From Macrostomum hystrix (taxonomy: Eukaryota; Animalia; Platyhelminthes), in assembly GCA_950097015.1 (NCBI GenBank), contig CATNEN010000025.1, positions 2,356,001 through 2,420,000 of the forward strand: a DNA stretch of 64,000 nt, given 5' to 3'. The notes beneath the pieces were generated by a model. It did no database searches. It had not been told where the DNA came from and was given only the letters and a program-made list of their open reading frames with translations. Below are positions 23,901-35,300 of the stretch, in pieces; the stretch's first letter is position 1; each line of letters begins with the position of its first letter. The translations under genes were made by a program, and so were the position numbers.

Positions 23901-26900
23901 AAATAGTGATTCGTTAAAGATTTACTGCGACCGACTGTGAATTCTCGAATGTATTTTCGGATCCTCAAAATTCAGCTGTTCAAAGGGCGAGGGGTTGGGC
24001 GGAAACAAAAACCCGCTGACCTCCGCAAGGAAAGCCTCCCCAGGGATTTGCCATTTAAGCTCCTGGGAGAAAACAACAGCTGGATTGAGTACTGTTCTCA
24101 ATCTCAATCTCCCAGTCTAAGCCCTGCCCTGTGGTCAGCCTTAAAGTGCTTCACGAGATAAATACAGAGAGTTGGTGGTGAGATAGAAATATTTGGTTGA
24201 GAACTCAGCTCAGAAGACAACTGCTTTGAGTTGCTTTCCTTCGCCCAGTTTTCCAGGGTCAGATCGATGCATCCCATGCGCTCTTATCCGTGTGTCCATG
24301 CGGCTGTTGCAATCGAAAATTGGCGAGGGAAAGCAATGTAGGGGGAGAGTGGGACATTCTTTTAATCCCCACTCGTGCTTCTGACTGGAATTTCCCCTCC
24401 TAGAAGAGATTTTGGTCAGGCAGAGAAGTGTGAGTGAATGAGGAGCGCAGACCGCGGCGAGAAGACGGGGGCTGTGAGGAAGGAAGGCTGGGAGAATGTT
24501 GAATTTGGGTTGGCAGTGTTCGATCTGAGGCGAGATGTCTCGATTGGGGGATTGAGGGTTGGGATTTGGGATTTGAGCAGACGTGCCTGGCAGCGAGAGA
24601 AATAGTGAGAAAGTGTGGCCTCACACAACTGGGTGGGGGCTGAAATTTCAGACCGGCTCGGCTGAGAAACCAGAGAAAACGCGTGGGTGAGTTTGGAGAT
24701 GGACTGGATTGAATGAAAGTACGACTGAGGGAGAGAGGGAGAGAGAGAGGGAAGGGAGAGAAAAAAGTGGACATGAAAAATGAGGAACGCCCCCCCACCT
24801 AGTAATAGGCCCAACCGAGGAAAGAATGAAGTTGTAAAGAGAGGCTTGCGGACTAGCGGTCTCAGAAGTGGAACGGGATTGCAGGGAAGGGGAGTTAGAC
24901 AAGGAGATGAGCTGGAGAGAGCAGTTTGAGACTGGGGACAAGCTCTAGAATTCTATTCGATTTTCTTCAATAAATTTCTTCTACTTTCGCGTCTGCTGTC
25001 GGATGTTCGATCCGCGGTTGGTGTTAACGAGTGAAGGCTGGCAGGAAATATAAGAAGAATGATGCTCCCAGTGTCCCAGACGTGCAAGCTTTGGACCCAC
25101 ATGGAGGCTCAATTTCAGGAATTAGGTCGTCTGTCATCTTCACTGGGCTCCGAACAGAGTCTACGAGTTTGCTGAAAAAATAACTCGGCAGACAGAGAAT
25201 GATGTCCTCCGCACTCCGTTTATTTTAGTGTAGCTAAAAACCTAGACTGACCGCGGGTTCTAAGCTGCCTTTGGAGGCCCGATGGAAAGAACCGGGAACC
25301 GACAGGAGGGGGGAGGGAAGACGGGAGTGCGTCCCACACTGAAGAGACGAGAGTAAGGACAGACTGCGCATGAGAAATGTACTCACTCCTGGAAGCCTGG
25401 GGATTATAATGAGGATTTGGGAGAACTCCGCGCCGCGCTGTACCTTATCTCTCTTCTCGTCTTCTCCTCTCCTGTTCATCTCTGTCCACTCTCTGCCCCA
25501 AATTCTTCAGCTTCCTTCGTCGGCCTCTCTAGTCGATCTCTCTCTCTCTCTCTAGTCTAGAGCGGAGAGAAATACACTCGGCGCTTTGAGCATAGTGAGT
25601 AGACTGGGGGGTACGCTGAGGCCCGGCGAGGTTTCCATGCGGGCAGAGAAGCATTTCAAAGGAGAGCGCCCGAGAAGAAGGCCGGCGGGTAACCGGGAAG
25701 GGGAGAGTGAGAAGGCTGCCGGCGAGGGGAAGCGAAGTTAAGTTGGAGAATGGGAAGCGGAGAGTGAGTATTGTGAGTATTCAAGCTCAGTAGAACGCAG
25801 GCGAGCGAGAAGCTGCCGCCTTTTTTATTTCGGTTAGCTTCTAGTACTTTCTGTGCTTTCATGTGTCACTCCCTCAGTGTGTCACTCCCTCAGTCTGTCA
25901 CTCCCTCAGTGTGTCACTCCCTCAGTGTGTCACTCCCTCAGTGTGTCACTCCCTCAGTGTGTCACTCCCTCAGTGTGTCACTCCCTCAGTGTGTCACTCC
26001 CTCAGTGTGTCACTCCCTCAGTGTGTCACTCCCTCAGTATGTCACTCCCTCAGTGTGTCACTCCCTCAGTGTGTCACTCCCTCAGTGTGTCACTCCTTCA
26101 GTGTGTCACTCCCTCAGTGTGTCACTCCCTCAGTGTGTCACTCCTTCAGTGTGTCACTCCCTCAGTCTGTGACACATTCCTTGAGTCACTTCCTCAGTCC
26201 ATCACTCTCTCATTGTGTGGAGCGTAAATGTAAATATGTTTAGGGCTCAAAAATGGCGACTACTATTGATGAATCTGCTTAAGAGCGAAAATTTCTTTGA
26301 TTTGATCAATAACTCATATCTATAAACAGAACTAATTGTTATTGAAAATTCATAAATCATGTATTGAATGCGGTGCAGCTAAGATTAACGAGATTTTGTG
26401 AAAATGTGAATGTAAACAAAAAAGTTATTTTAACTTTTTTTAAAATAATCTAAAACTTCACTAGTCAGTAATGCAAAAATAACAAAATTTTTAAATAACT
26501 TCCATTTAAACCCATTCCTAGATGAAGTAACAATTTTCTTAATTCAACTCACGCTATCACAAATTGGACGTGTGACTAATGTGAAGGAAGGCATAATTGC
26601 TTATATGCATTCATGGTTTTTACAACTAAATTGCTAAATATTAGTAGGAAATTTAAATATGCGCCAGTGCATGCCGAACTATAAATATGATAACAAACAA
26701 TAAATATTGTTAACTCCTCGAAGTAGGAAGTCGAAAATAAACATTTTCGCGTTAGCAATAAAACAAATTAATTAATAATTTTAAACAAAGAGAATTTTGT
26801 TTAAAACCGCACCGCCAGATGACACCGTCGGGACGAACGCTCCGGACTGGTCGAATCCGGCCTCGCCTAAATTGTGTCGCGTAGAGAATGTCTTGCATTC

Positions 26901-29900
26901 ACCTTCAGCACTTGCAGTCCCTCGGGTTGGACATGGTAATTATTTGATACATCGCTATTTAATTTGGCACTCTACAGGCTGGACAGACCAATGCAGGTGC
27001 TCTTTTTCATTCCGATCCCCGCTGAATAGCTCATTACCCTCAATCACTACGACTGTTACCCACTCCCTCACCAGCGCATAGTTACTCTAACACCCCAATA
27101 TTCGGTATGTGAATCAGCCAGTCATGTCCAGACTAGGTCGCGAGTTCTGTACTAATAATACTGAGGTCCCTGTGAGGCCGCCAGTTGCTCTCGGCCTTCC
27201 AATCCCCCGGTCTGAAATCCTCTGCAGGCTCCCATCAGCTGAGAGGAATCGCAGCCAGGGTGGTAGGAGTGTTGGTTGGGGGGGGATTTAGATAGCGCGC
27301 TCATCCCATTAATGCTGTTATGGCCTAGATGCAAGCATTGGGCGAGCCGCGGCATGGGAAGAGCAAAGGAGAGACACTGGGAAGAGGTCGAGATGAAGGA
27401 GAAGGTCGGGTTTTTTTTCGCTGGGAGCAGGATGCTGGCTATATTCTGGCCTATTCCCAAGAGAGTGTGGGCAAAGGAGCGGGCGGATAACAAAGGAGGA
27501 TCAGCCCGGCCGAGTCCGCTCATGCATAATTCACATCGGTTACGGGGTCGGCTGGTTTTACAAAGAATTTTTCGTTGTAAATTCCCCCAACGACTGCTAT
27601 CAGACGACTAAAGTGCCACATCATTAGTTTCGCTTTCAGTATTATTTAGTTACAAATGGCTAGATAAGATTCACCATTTAATATCTATAATATATAACAG
27701 TGCAGGCGCGTGTACATTTGGGGTAGGAAGATTGGCAAGTGGTTATGTAATTAGTTTCTAGCCAATCAACGCCCAGGTAGGGTTAGATAATCATAAATAA
27801 CGTTATAACGGGAGTGAGAATGGAAAGTCCTTAAACGTACGTTCGACACCAAGCATAGATAAGCGATCGATATTTTGACATTTTATTGCGGCTATGTACG
27901 AGCAAAACTGCCCAATTATTATGTAAGTCTAGACTACAGGCAAACAGAGCTTCAGCAAAAGCACGGAAGCAATAATTATGACGACGAAAAGCATATTTGA
28001 TTTAAATATGAATGAGTTCTCACCGTGAGGAGCTCCATCGTTGCCGCTGGGAATGATCTTGTTGATGAGCAGCTGCATGAACACTTCATCGGCACCAGTG
28101 AGTTTCAGCTGCTTGGCCAAGGCTTTGTCCTGCACAGTGAAGTCACCCTGGTCTGACCCGATCAGGGCGTCAAGCTTCTGCCTGTTGTCCTTGAACACGG
28201 AGTTGTTTGCGCCGATGAGGCAGGCGCGAACGTTCGGATCGTCCAGCAGCTCGATCTGCTGCAGGGCCGCGTATGGCAGAAACACTGCCGACTCGGCGAA
28301 CAGCGGCAGCGGAAAGCCGTAGTCGTCGGTGATAAACGGACTCTGCAGATCGTCCGTTGGCATCTCGCCGGCTCCGGGGGCTCCGGCCTGCGGTCCCACC
28401 TTGGCCAAGAAGTTGGTCTTGACGCTGGAGAACAGGCTGCTGGCTCCGCTCAGCGCTTCCTGCAGCTTGGCGCCGGCACCGCCAGCGGCTCCGGGAAGGC
28501 CACCGGACTCGCCACTGGCTGCAGCATCGGCTCCGGCCGCATGCTCTCCGTGCCCCTGCTGCTGCTGCTGCTGACCGTGCTGGCCATGCTGCTGCTGCTG
28601 GCTCAGCAGGTCGCTGCAGTCGTCAACAGAGGCGTCAGAGTCAGCGTCTTTTTCTACGCTGACGAAGTCAGTGCCAGTCAGGTTCCTTTGAGGATGAGGA
28701 AGACGGGATCGAGAATTTACTCTACTGTCAGCGTTTCATGTCTTTTTTGGTGTACTAAAATGTTCGTTTATCTGTACTCGACTTGTTAAGGGCTCATCTG
28801 TACGCGTAATTTGGGTCGTCATAGATACAGATGTGTGGCAACTCACTTCACATTGTACTTGCTGTTGATGATGCTGGCGCAGCGGTCGAGACCGTCCTCC
28901 AGGATGTTGGGAAACATCGAAACCAGAGTGACCAGGGTGTTGGTCAGATCCGAAGCCGGGTTCATGAAGAACATCACACGGCGCTCCAGCATGAGCAGCT
29001 TGAACAGCACCAGCAGCTTCTGCCTGTAGCGCAGCAGCAGGTCCTTGACAGACAGGCCCATGTACATCTGGCCCATCACGGAGCCTTTGCTAAATGACCG
29101 GCGCAGGTCGCTAAACGTCTCCTGCAGAACATCGATGCGACTGAAGTCGCGCATCTCGAAGTAGGCCTGGGCGGCCTGGCTCAGTCGCTCCCGGATGGCT
29201 CCGAACAACGGCACCTTGCTGACCACAACAACAGACTTCTGCACCGAGCTGCGCGTCACATCGTCGGTCTTGGCCACCAGCTGCTGCTCGACAGTTTATT
29301 GTAAAAAAATCGGGTTAAAATTGTTTCGCGATTAAAAAAAATCACAGATTCTACGCTGTGATTCTACATTGCGATTCTACATTGTATCATTTTGTAATTT
29401 TTTGGGTCTATCAATAAATTAAGTCTGTTTGTTGGATACATTTAATGTCTATGGCAATGACTAGCTATAACTGTCTTGCAAGCTGTCCATAGCTTTGGGC
29501 CATAGACAATTGGAGCGTGAACCAATGATATTAGGCTGTACGCTCAGAAATACTTCCTTTTGCGCGCTCTAACTGTCTATGGGTAAGAGGCAACAGCGTA
29601 GCTATGCTACATTAGAGTAATGCTACATTAGACCAATGCTACATTTGAGCTACCTACATTAGAGCAATGCTACATTAGACCAATGCTACATTTGAGCTAC
29701 CTACATTAGACCAATGCTACATTTGAGCTACCTACATTAGAGCAATGCTACATTAGAGCCAATGCTACATTTGAGCTACCTACATTAGACCAATGCTACA
29801 TTAGACCAATGCTACATTTGAGCTACCTACATTAGACCAATGCTACATTTGAGCTACCTACATTAGAGCAATGCTAGATTTGAGCTACCTACATTAGAGC

Positions 29901-31698
29901 AATGCTACATTAGACCAATGCTACATTTGAGCTACCTACATTAGACCAATGCTACATTTGAGCTACCTACATTAGACCAATGCTACATTTGAGCTACCTA
30001 CATTAGACCAATGCTACATTTGAGCTACCTACATTAGACCAATGCTACATTAGACCAATGCTACATTTGAGCTACCTACATTAGACCAATGCTACATTTG
30101 AGCTACCTACATTAGAGCAATGCTAGATTTGAGCTACCTACATTAGAGCAATGCTACATTAGACCAATGCTACATTTGAGCTACCTACATTAGACCAATG
30201 CTACATTTGAGCTACCTACATTAGACCAATGCTACATTAGACCAATGCTACATTTGAGCTACCTACATTAGACCAATGCTACATTTGAGCTACCTACATT
30301 AGACCAATGCTACATTTGAGCTACCTACATTAGACCAATGCTACATTTGAGCTACCTACATTAGAACAATGCTACATTAGACCAATGCTAGATTTGAGCT
30401 ACCTACATTAGACCAATGCTAGATTTGAGCTACATACATTAGACCAATGCTAGATTTGAGCTACCTACATTAGACCAATGCTAGATTTGAGCTACATACA
30501 TTAGACCAATGCTAGATTTGAGCTACCTACATTAGAGCAATGCTAGATTTGAGCTACATACATTAGACCAATGCTAGATTTGAGCTACCTACATTATAAC
30601 GATGTTAGATTTGAGCTACCTACATTAGGCCTATATACTACTAAAAGAATGTACTCACAGACGAGTCGATCTGGCGATAGCAGGACACACAGAACACTGA
30701 ACGTTCTTTCTTGATGAGCGAAGGCAGCACAAAGTACACATTGTCTGCGGAACAGAATGTGTTAGACTCTCTCCTATTAAAGCTTTGCTTTCTTAGAAGT
30801 GCATGTCACATCTGGCGCACTCACCCTCTTCATAGTTGTGCGCTCCGTCTGGCAGGGCGAGTCCTGGCAGGTTCTTCCACTCGTCCGGCAGGTAGCCTGA
30901 GTCAGGTCTCTGGCCGGGCGCCAGCGGCGGGAAGCAGAACTCCAGCTAAGGATTGAGAATGCAGAAATGAGTTTTTTTACAATTTGTTTAAGTGTTTGAG
31001 TTCTTTTATGAACTGAATTTAGTAAGCAATAGTAAGCAATACATAAACTGACAAAAAATAAGGTTCAGATTCACTTATCTGGGCTAGATTTTTTAAAACC
31101 AAAAAAAGAAATTATGATTTAGTTGTATCTAAAAAGACTTACTTTAGTTACATCAAATATGCGTAATTTAAAAGAATTGAATAATACTGTCAACAATTTT
31201 TTACAATTAAAAAAATGTTTGTATCAACTATACAAATATTCAATAGACACAGAATTAGCTTTCTGCTCATCTAATTTTACCTGTTCAGCCTTTGAATAGT
31301 TTTGGCAATAAATGTACATAATTTTTTCTATTGCAAATAGTGAAAACACTTATCCTGACATTTTTATTTTTCTTATTTTTCTAGATTTTTTTCTTGGTAA
31401 AAAACAAAATATTCTACCTTAATTAAACTGATTAAATATGAAAAAAGGAAAACTAAAAAGCCTACATATTATTACTAAAAAACTACACCAGAATATATTA
31501 TTATTTATTTGTTACGCTCCTCTTTGGAAGCGAAACGAATGTAACGGTTAAATAAAATTTCATCTAAACCAAGTATCCTTTACGGAGCACAAATATTATA
31601 ATATAGAAATATTTTACCTGTGATCCATGCTTATGATGGAAGCCAATAGTCAAGATATGCAGGATAAAACCTGCATCTTCACCACTGGGACTAGCCAT
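20925..31698 (-). CDS. AVL9: AVL9 (late secretory pathway, DENN-related protein), 7 coding exons
   Basis: Exons 31698-31618, 30945-30825, 30744-30659, 29280-28847, 28724-28024, 22063-21731, 21076-20925 join in phase with GT-AG. Motifs: ILHILTIGFHHKHGSQ, EWKNLPGLALPDGAHN, SCYRQI, VQKSVVV, LFKLLMLERRVMF, DDYGFPL, LPYAALQQ, EGSDDWLRAQF. Confidence 0.95.
21140..21352 (-). mobile_element. tRNA-derived SINE in the last AVL9 intron
   Basis: The minus strand reads TAGCCTAGTGGTTAGGGCATTGGACTC (A box), then GGGGTTCGATTC (B box), then TGTGTCCCTTAGCAAGAAACTTAACTCTGCATTGCTTCAGTTCACCCAGCTGTTAAATGGGTACC, then CAGTCCATGGACTG. Confidence 0.8.
21585..21690. repeat. Dispersed repeat fragment, second family
   Basis: About 100 bp closely matching 37258-37356 (cacacactcacacaggtgtgtacatct...ccttggaggttggccct.aagggc.taaattgcac). 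Confidence 0.8.
22155..22790. repeat. Minisatellite, 24 bp unit (gggtgtgacagttcctgatgggta), in AVL9 intron 5
   Basis: About 26 near-identical copies. Confidence 0.95.
23300..25800 (-). mobile_element. Probable decayed non-LTR retrotransposon ORF2 fragment (AP endonuclease region)
   Basis: C-rich minus strand with broken frames resembling APE landmarks: PILQLNF (~25750), VWDTGS-[D]H (~25075, needs a 1-nt gap), RRNLLKKIE*N (~24960; compare KKADW) and RAESINN (~23720). Manual recognition only. Confidence 0.35.
25861..26190. repeat. Minisatellite, 16 bp unit (gtgtcactccctcagt)
   Basis: About 19 copies. Confidence 0.93.
27150..27525 (-). mobile_element. Possible degenerate RNase H remnant of a retroelement
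   Basis: FISTSSQCL resembles IY(T/S)DSQSAL. GHNSING followed by frameshifted (N)ERA(D) resembles GHxGIxGNERAD. Confidence 0.3.
29580..30625. repeat. Compound minisatellite (31-bp and 16-bp units, atgctacatttgagctacctacattagacca) in AVL9 intron 3
   Basis: Interleaved 31-bp and 16-bp units beginning about 35 nt from the exon 3 donor. Confidence 0.93.
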
Positions 31699-32392
31699 CG
31701 CGAGTGCGAAAAGCCTAGCGAAAAAAATTATTGAATTTTCGCTCAAATTTATCACTCTATGCACATTTTTTCTGAAGAAAAATAATCTATAATTATGCTT
31801 GCTTTATGTGTTTAAGTTACTATATAAAAACACAACAACGCGTTAGGATTTTGTAAACAAAATTCATTTTACATTTCTTTGTTTTTCTGCACTTGGGCTA
31901 GTTTGGAATTACCGGCGATTTAGAGGAAAAAAAACACATTAAACTATTAAGTTTCTAACTAAGAGGATATAAATGACCTGTTAATTTTTTTCGATAATTA
32001 GAGGTCTAAAAATAAATAAATATTCATAATTCGCTAAATATATTCATTTTGTAAAAAAAAACGTTTCCTTTTAATAAAGTTAGTTGATTACATGTAACTC
32101 TATGCTATAATTCATACCATTCCATTTATTCTCATTTTTTTCGTAGCCATCGAGTTAGAGATAAAAAATCGTTTTTTTTCAGACATTTAGCAGAATCTAT
32201 TGTCCGCTTTCGGAAAACTAAACTGTTTTCGTGCATTACTGTGATCATCCTTTTTTGCTTTGCGAATGAGAACGCATTATAAGTGATTTGCTGAGCCAAT
32301 CGGCAAGTGCCTTTGCTTGCATGCTTTTCGCCGACTCCGATTCGTATATATTGGGTAATTTTGCTTGACAAGTAACAAGGAAATCAAGAAAC
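31699..32392. promoter_or_regulatory. Candidate bidirectional promoter between AVL9 and the NELL-like gene
   Basis: Divergent ATGs 695 bp apart (31698 minus, 32393 plus) and a CCAAT box (GCCAATCG) near 32295. Confidence 0.45.
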
Positions 32393-35300
32393 ATGCCTCG
32401 AGTTAATTCTTTGATGCAGTTCTCATTGTCTGTCATACTAACTTTAAGTATATCTGCGCTTCCAACAGACAAGACAAGTGAGTCAATTTAAAATAATAAT
32501 ACACAAATTGCTACACAAAAACAATTGATTTGCAGATCAAAGCTTCAAGATATTTTCACTACCTTGATCTCTAACTCAATACTTTTCTCGATCAAATTCG
32601 TTGAGTTTCACAAACGTCAGGAGCCCAAAATTTTAATTCATTCCAATGTTGTGTTTGAACGAAAAGAGCCAAAAATTTTCATGAGGCCTATAAACTACGG
32701 GAGAAATTGTGTGCTATAATTACTAATCTTCATTAAACAACGCAAAAAACTGACTGAGCTTATTTCGATAAAACTCATGACTTTCTATATGCGTTCTCAA
32801 TAAGTAAGCAGGGCTGAATTTAGTCGAACCCGTCAAATTTTCGGCCATTGCTTGCTATGTAAACCGCGCTCATCTTTCGCGTCCGTCATTATGCAAGCAT
32901 TGATTCCGCTCCAGACCAACTTGCATGCTTGATTGCCTCCTCTAGAGTCATTACCGACGCGACCTCGCCTGACCTTCTGAACTCAACAACAGTTCGCATT
33001 CATTTCACTTTTACACCTAATACCCGCACACAATGTCCCAAGTTAAGGGAATGATGGCATTAACTGAAATTGTCAAAGCGTCAGATTAGCAAATATCATC
33101 TTCACAATATATGGGTGAACTGAAGCAGTGTCTTTCTATAGGACACAAAATTGTTCCAATATAGTCGGGAATCGAACCCTCGACCTTCAAGTTCTAAGTC
33201 CGACACAAATTTAAAAGTTAAAATGAATAATTTAAGTTTATATCGCTAGCCATAGTGTTAACGTGATTATATTTATGACTAAACCTGTAAACTTCGTTAA
33301 GAAGTTCCTGGCAACAGCTGGCAACAACAGAAAGTCGGCTTCGTTAACCTGCCAATCAGCGGCCAGGTGCAACTCAGTCTATCAAGAACTCGAGCATTCG
33401 CTGTGCTGCTTGATGCCAGACTGCGGCAGAAGTCAGTAACTCCTGGAGTCTTCCAGTCGCTGATAGCCATTTCTGACCCAGCTGGACGAAGGTAACAGAA
33501 ATGGGTAGTTGAAATGCCCGCGAGGTCTTCCTAGTACTATTGATTTGAGAATACTTTTCGAACTTATCCTTAAAGGCTTCTGGAATTGAGCATCAGGAAT
33601 CAAAGACTCTACCTGCGCCACCATCTGACAAGACGCCATTTGATCGGCAAATTTAAGCTACCTGACACACTCTTCGACGGATCTTGGCATCGTCTGGGCC
33701 TTGAAGTCAACCATCGTCAGCTCAGACTGGATGCTGATTGTCGATTAATAGTTGATCGATTAATTCTATGGCCAATTAGGTGGAATCTGCTGCGAGATGA
33801 ACGGCGAATTGGGCAGCTTTTGACGAGACGGAGACGACCCCAGATTGCGCAAGTTCAGGTGAGAAAGCTAGCAAAATCTACTGCTGTGATGACAGATGGG
33901 TCAAGGTAGATGCTGCGATGACAGATGGGTCAAGGCAGATGCTGTGATGACAGATGGGTCAAGGTAGATGCTGTGATGACAGATGGGTCAAGGTAGATGC
34001 TGCGATGACAGATGGGTCAAGGTAGATGCTGTGATGACAGATGGGTCAAGGTAGATGCTGTGATGACAGATGGGTCAAGGTAGATGCTGCGATGACAGAT
34101 GGGTCAAGGTAGATGCTGTGATGACAGATGGGTCAAGGTAGATGCTGCGATGACAGATGGGTCAAGGTAGATGCTGTGATGACAGATGGGTCAAGGCAGA
34201 TGCTGTGGTGACAGATGGGTCAAGGTAGATGCTGTGATGACAGATGGGTCAAGGTAGATGCTGCGATGACAGATGGGTCAAGGTAGATGCTGCGATGACA
34301 GATGGGTCAAGGTAGATGCTGTGATGACAGATGGGTCAAGGCAGATGCTGTGATGACAGATGGGTCAAGGTAGATGCTGTGATGACAGATGGGTCAAGGC
34401 AGATGCTGTGATGACAGATGGGTCAAGGTAGATGCTGTGATGACAGATGGGTCAAGGCAGATGCTGTGATGACAGATGGGTCAAGGTAGATGCTGTGATG
34501 ACAGATGGGTCAAGGCAGATGCTGTGATGACAGATGGGTCAAGGCAGATGCTGTGATGTCAGATGGGTCAAGGTAGATGCTGTGATGACAGATGGGTCAA
34601 GGCAGATGCTGTGATGTCAGATGGGTCAAGGTAGATGCTGTGATGACAGATGGGTCAAGGTGGGTTCTGTGATCAATGGATCATTTTTTATGTTGTTCGA
34701 TCGTTAAAAAAATTGGTCAACTTTCGCTTTAACTTTTTAAATAATTTTACGAATTCTGAAAATGGCAGACAGAAATTCGGAATGTAATCTTTCTGGTCGG
34801 TGAGAACGGACTCGTCAAACAATGCCCCGAACTAAAACCAGGCAAGAGCTTATTGTTTGCAGATGCAGTGTGCAATAGCGAGCTCTCGTAATATTTCGAA
34901 TCTGACAAAAAAAATTTTCTGACCAATCTTGCAGATGTTCATGACACCTCGAAACGGAGGAGCTCAACTACTCGAGTTTTGCATCGCCTTCAATCTGAAA
35001 TGCGACAGCTCAAAGATCAGGTAGGTTTAATTCGTGTCAATCGATTGAAATATTTCTGAGAATGATAGAAAAACAAAAATGATATTATTTTTTTACAGCT
35101 GAAGTCTATCAAAGAACAGTTTTCGGACTTCTCTAAGCCTGGTTATTGGAACCAACAATGTTCTCACAATGGTATTCGTTACGATCATGGACAGTCGTGG
35201 GAAGTGAATGGTTGCAAATATTGTCGCTGCATTGTGAGTGTTGCTTGCTTCTAAAAAACATTCAAGACAAGAACTCCGCCAACAGATTCTGATTCCTGCG

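Noticed and set aside
28430-28620. PolyQ/His/Gly insert in AVL9
   Set aside because: It falls in the known variable low-complexity region of AVL9; similar homopolymer runs occur in most genes here.
32132-32472. Minus-strand ORFs upstream of AVL9
   Set aside because: Antisense to the NELL signal-peptide exon and promoter; AVL9 homology begins at 31698.
32525-32790. Candidate NELL exon 2 after TTTGCAG at 32535
   Set aside because: The phase matching exon 1 stops after 10 codons, and other frames have several stops or no similarity.
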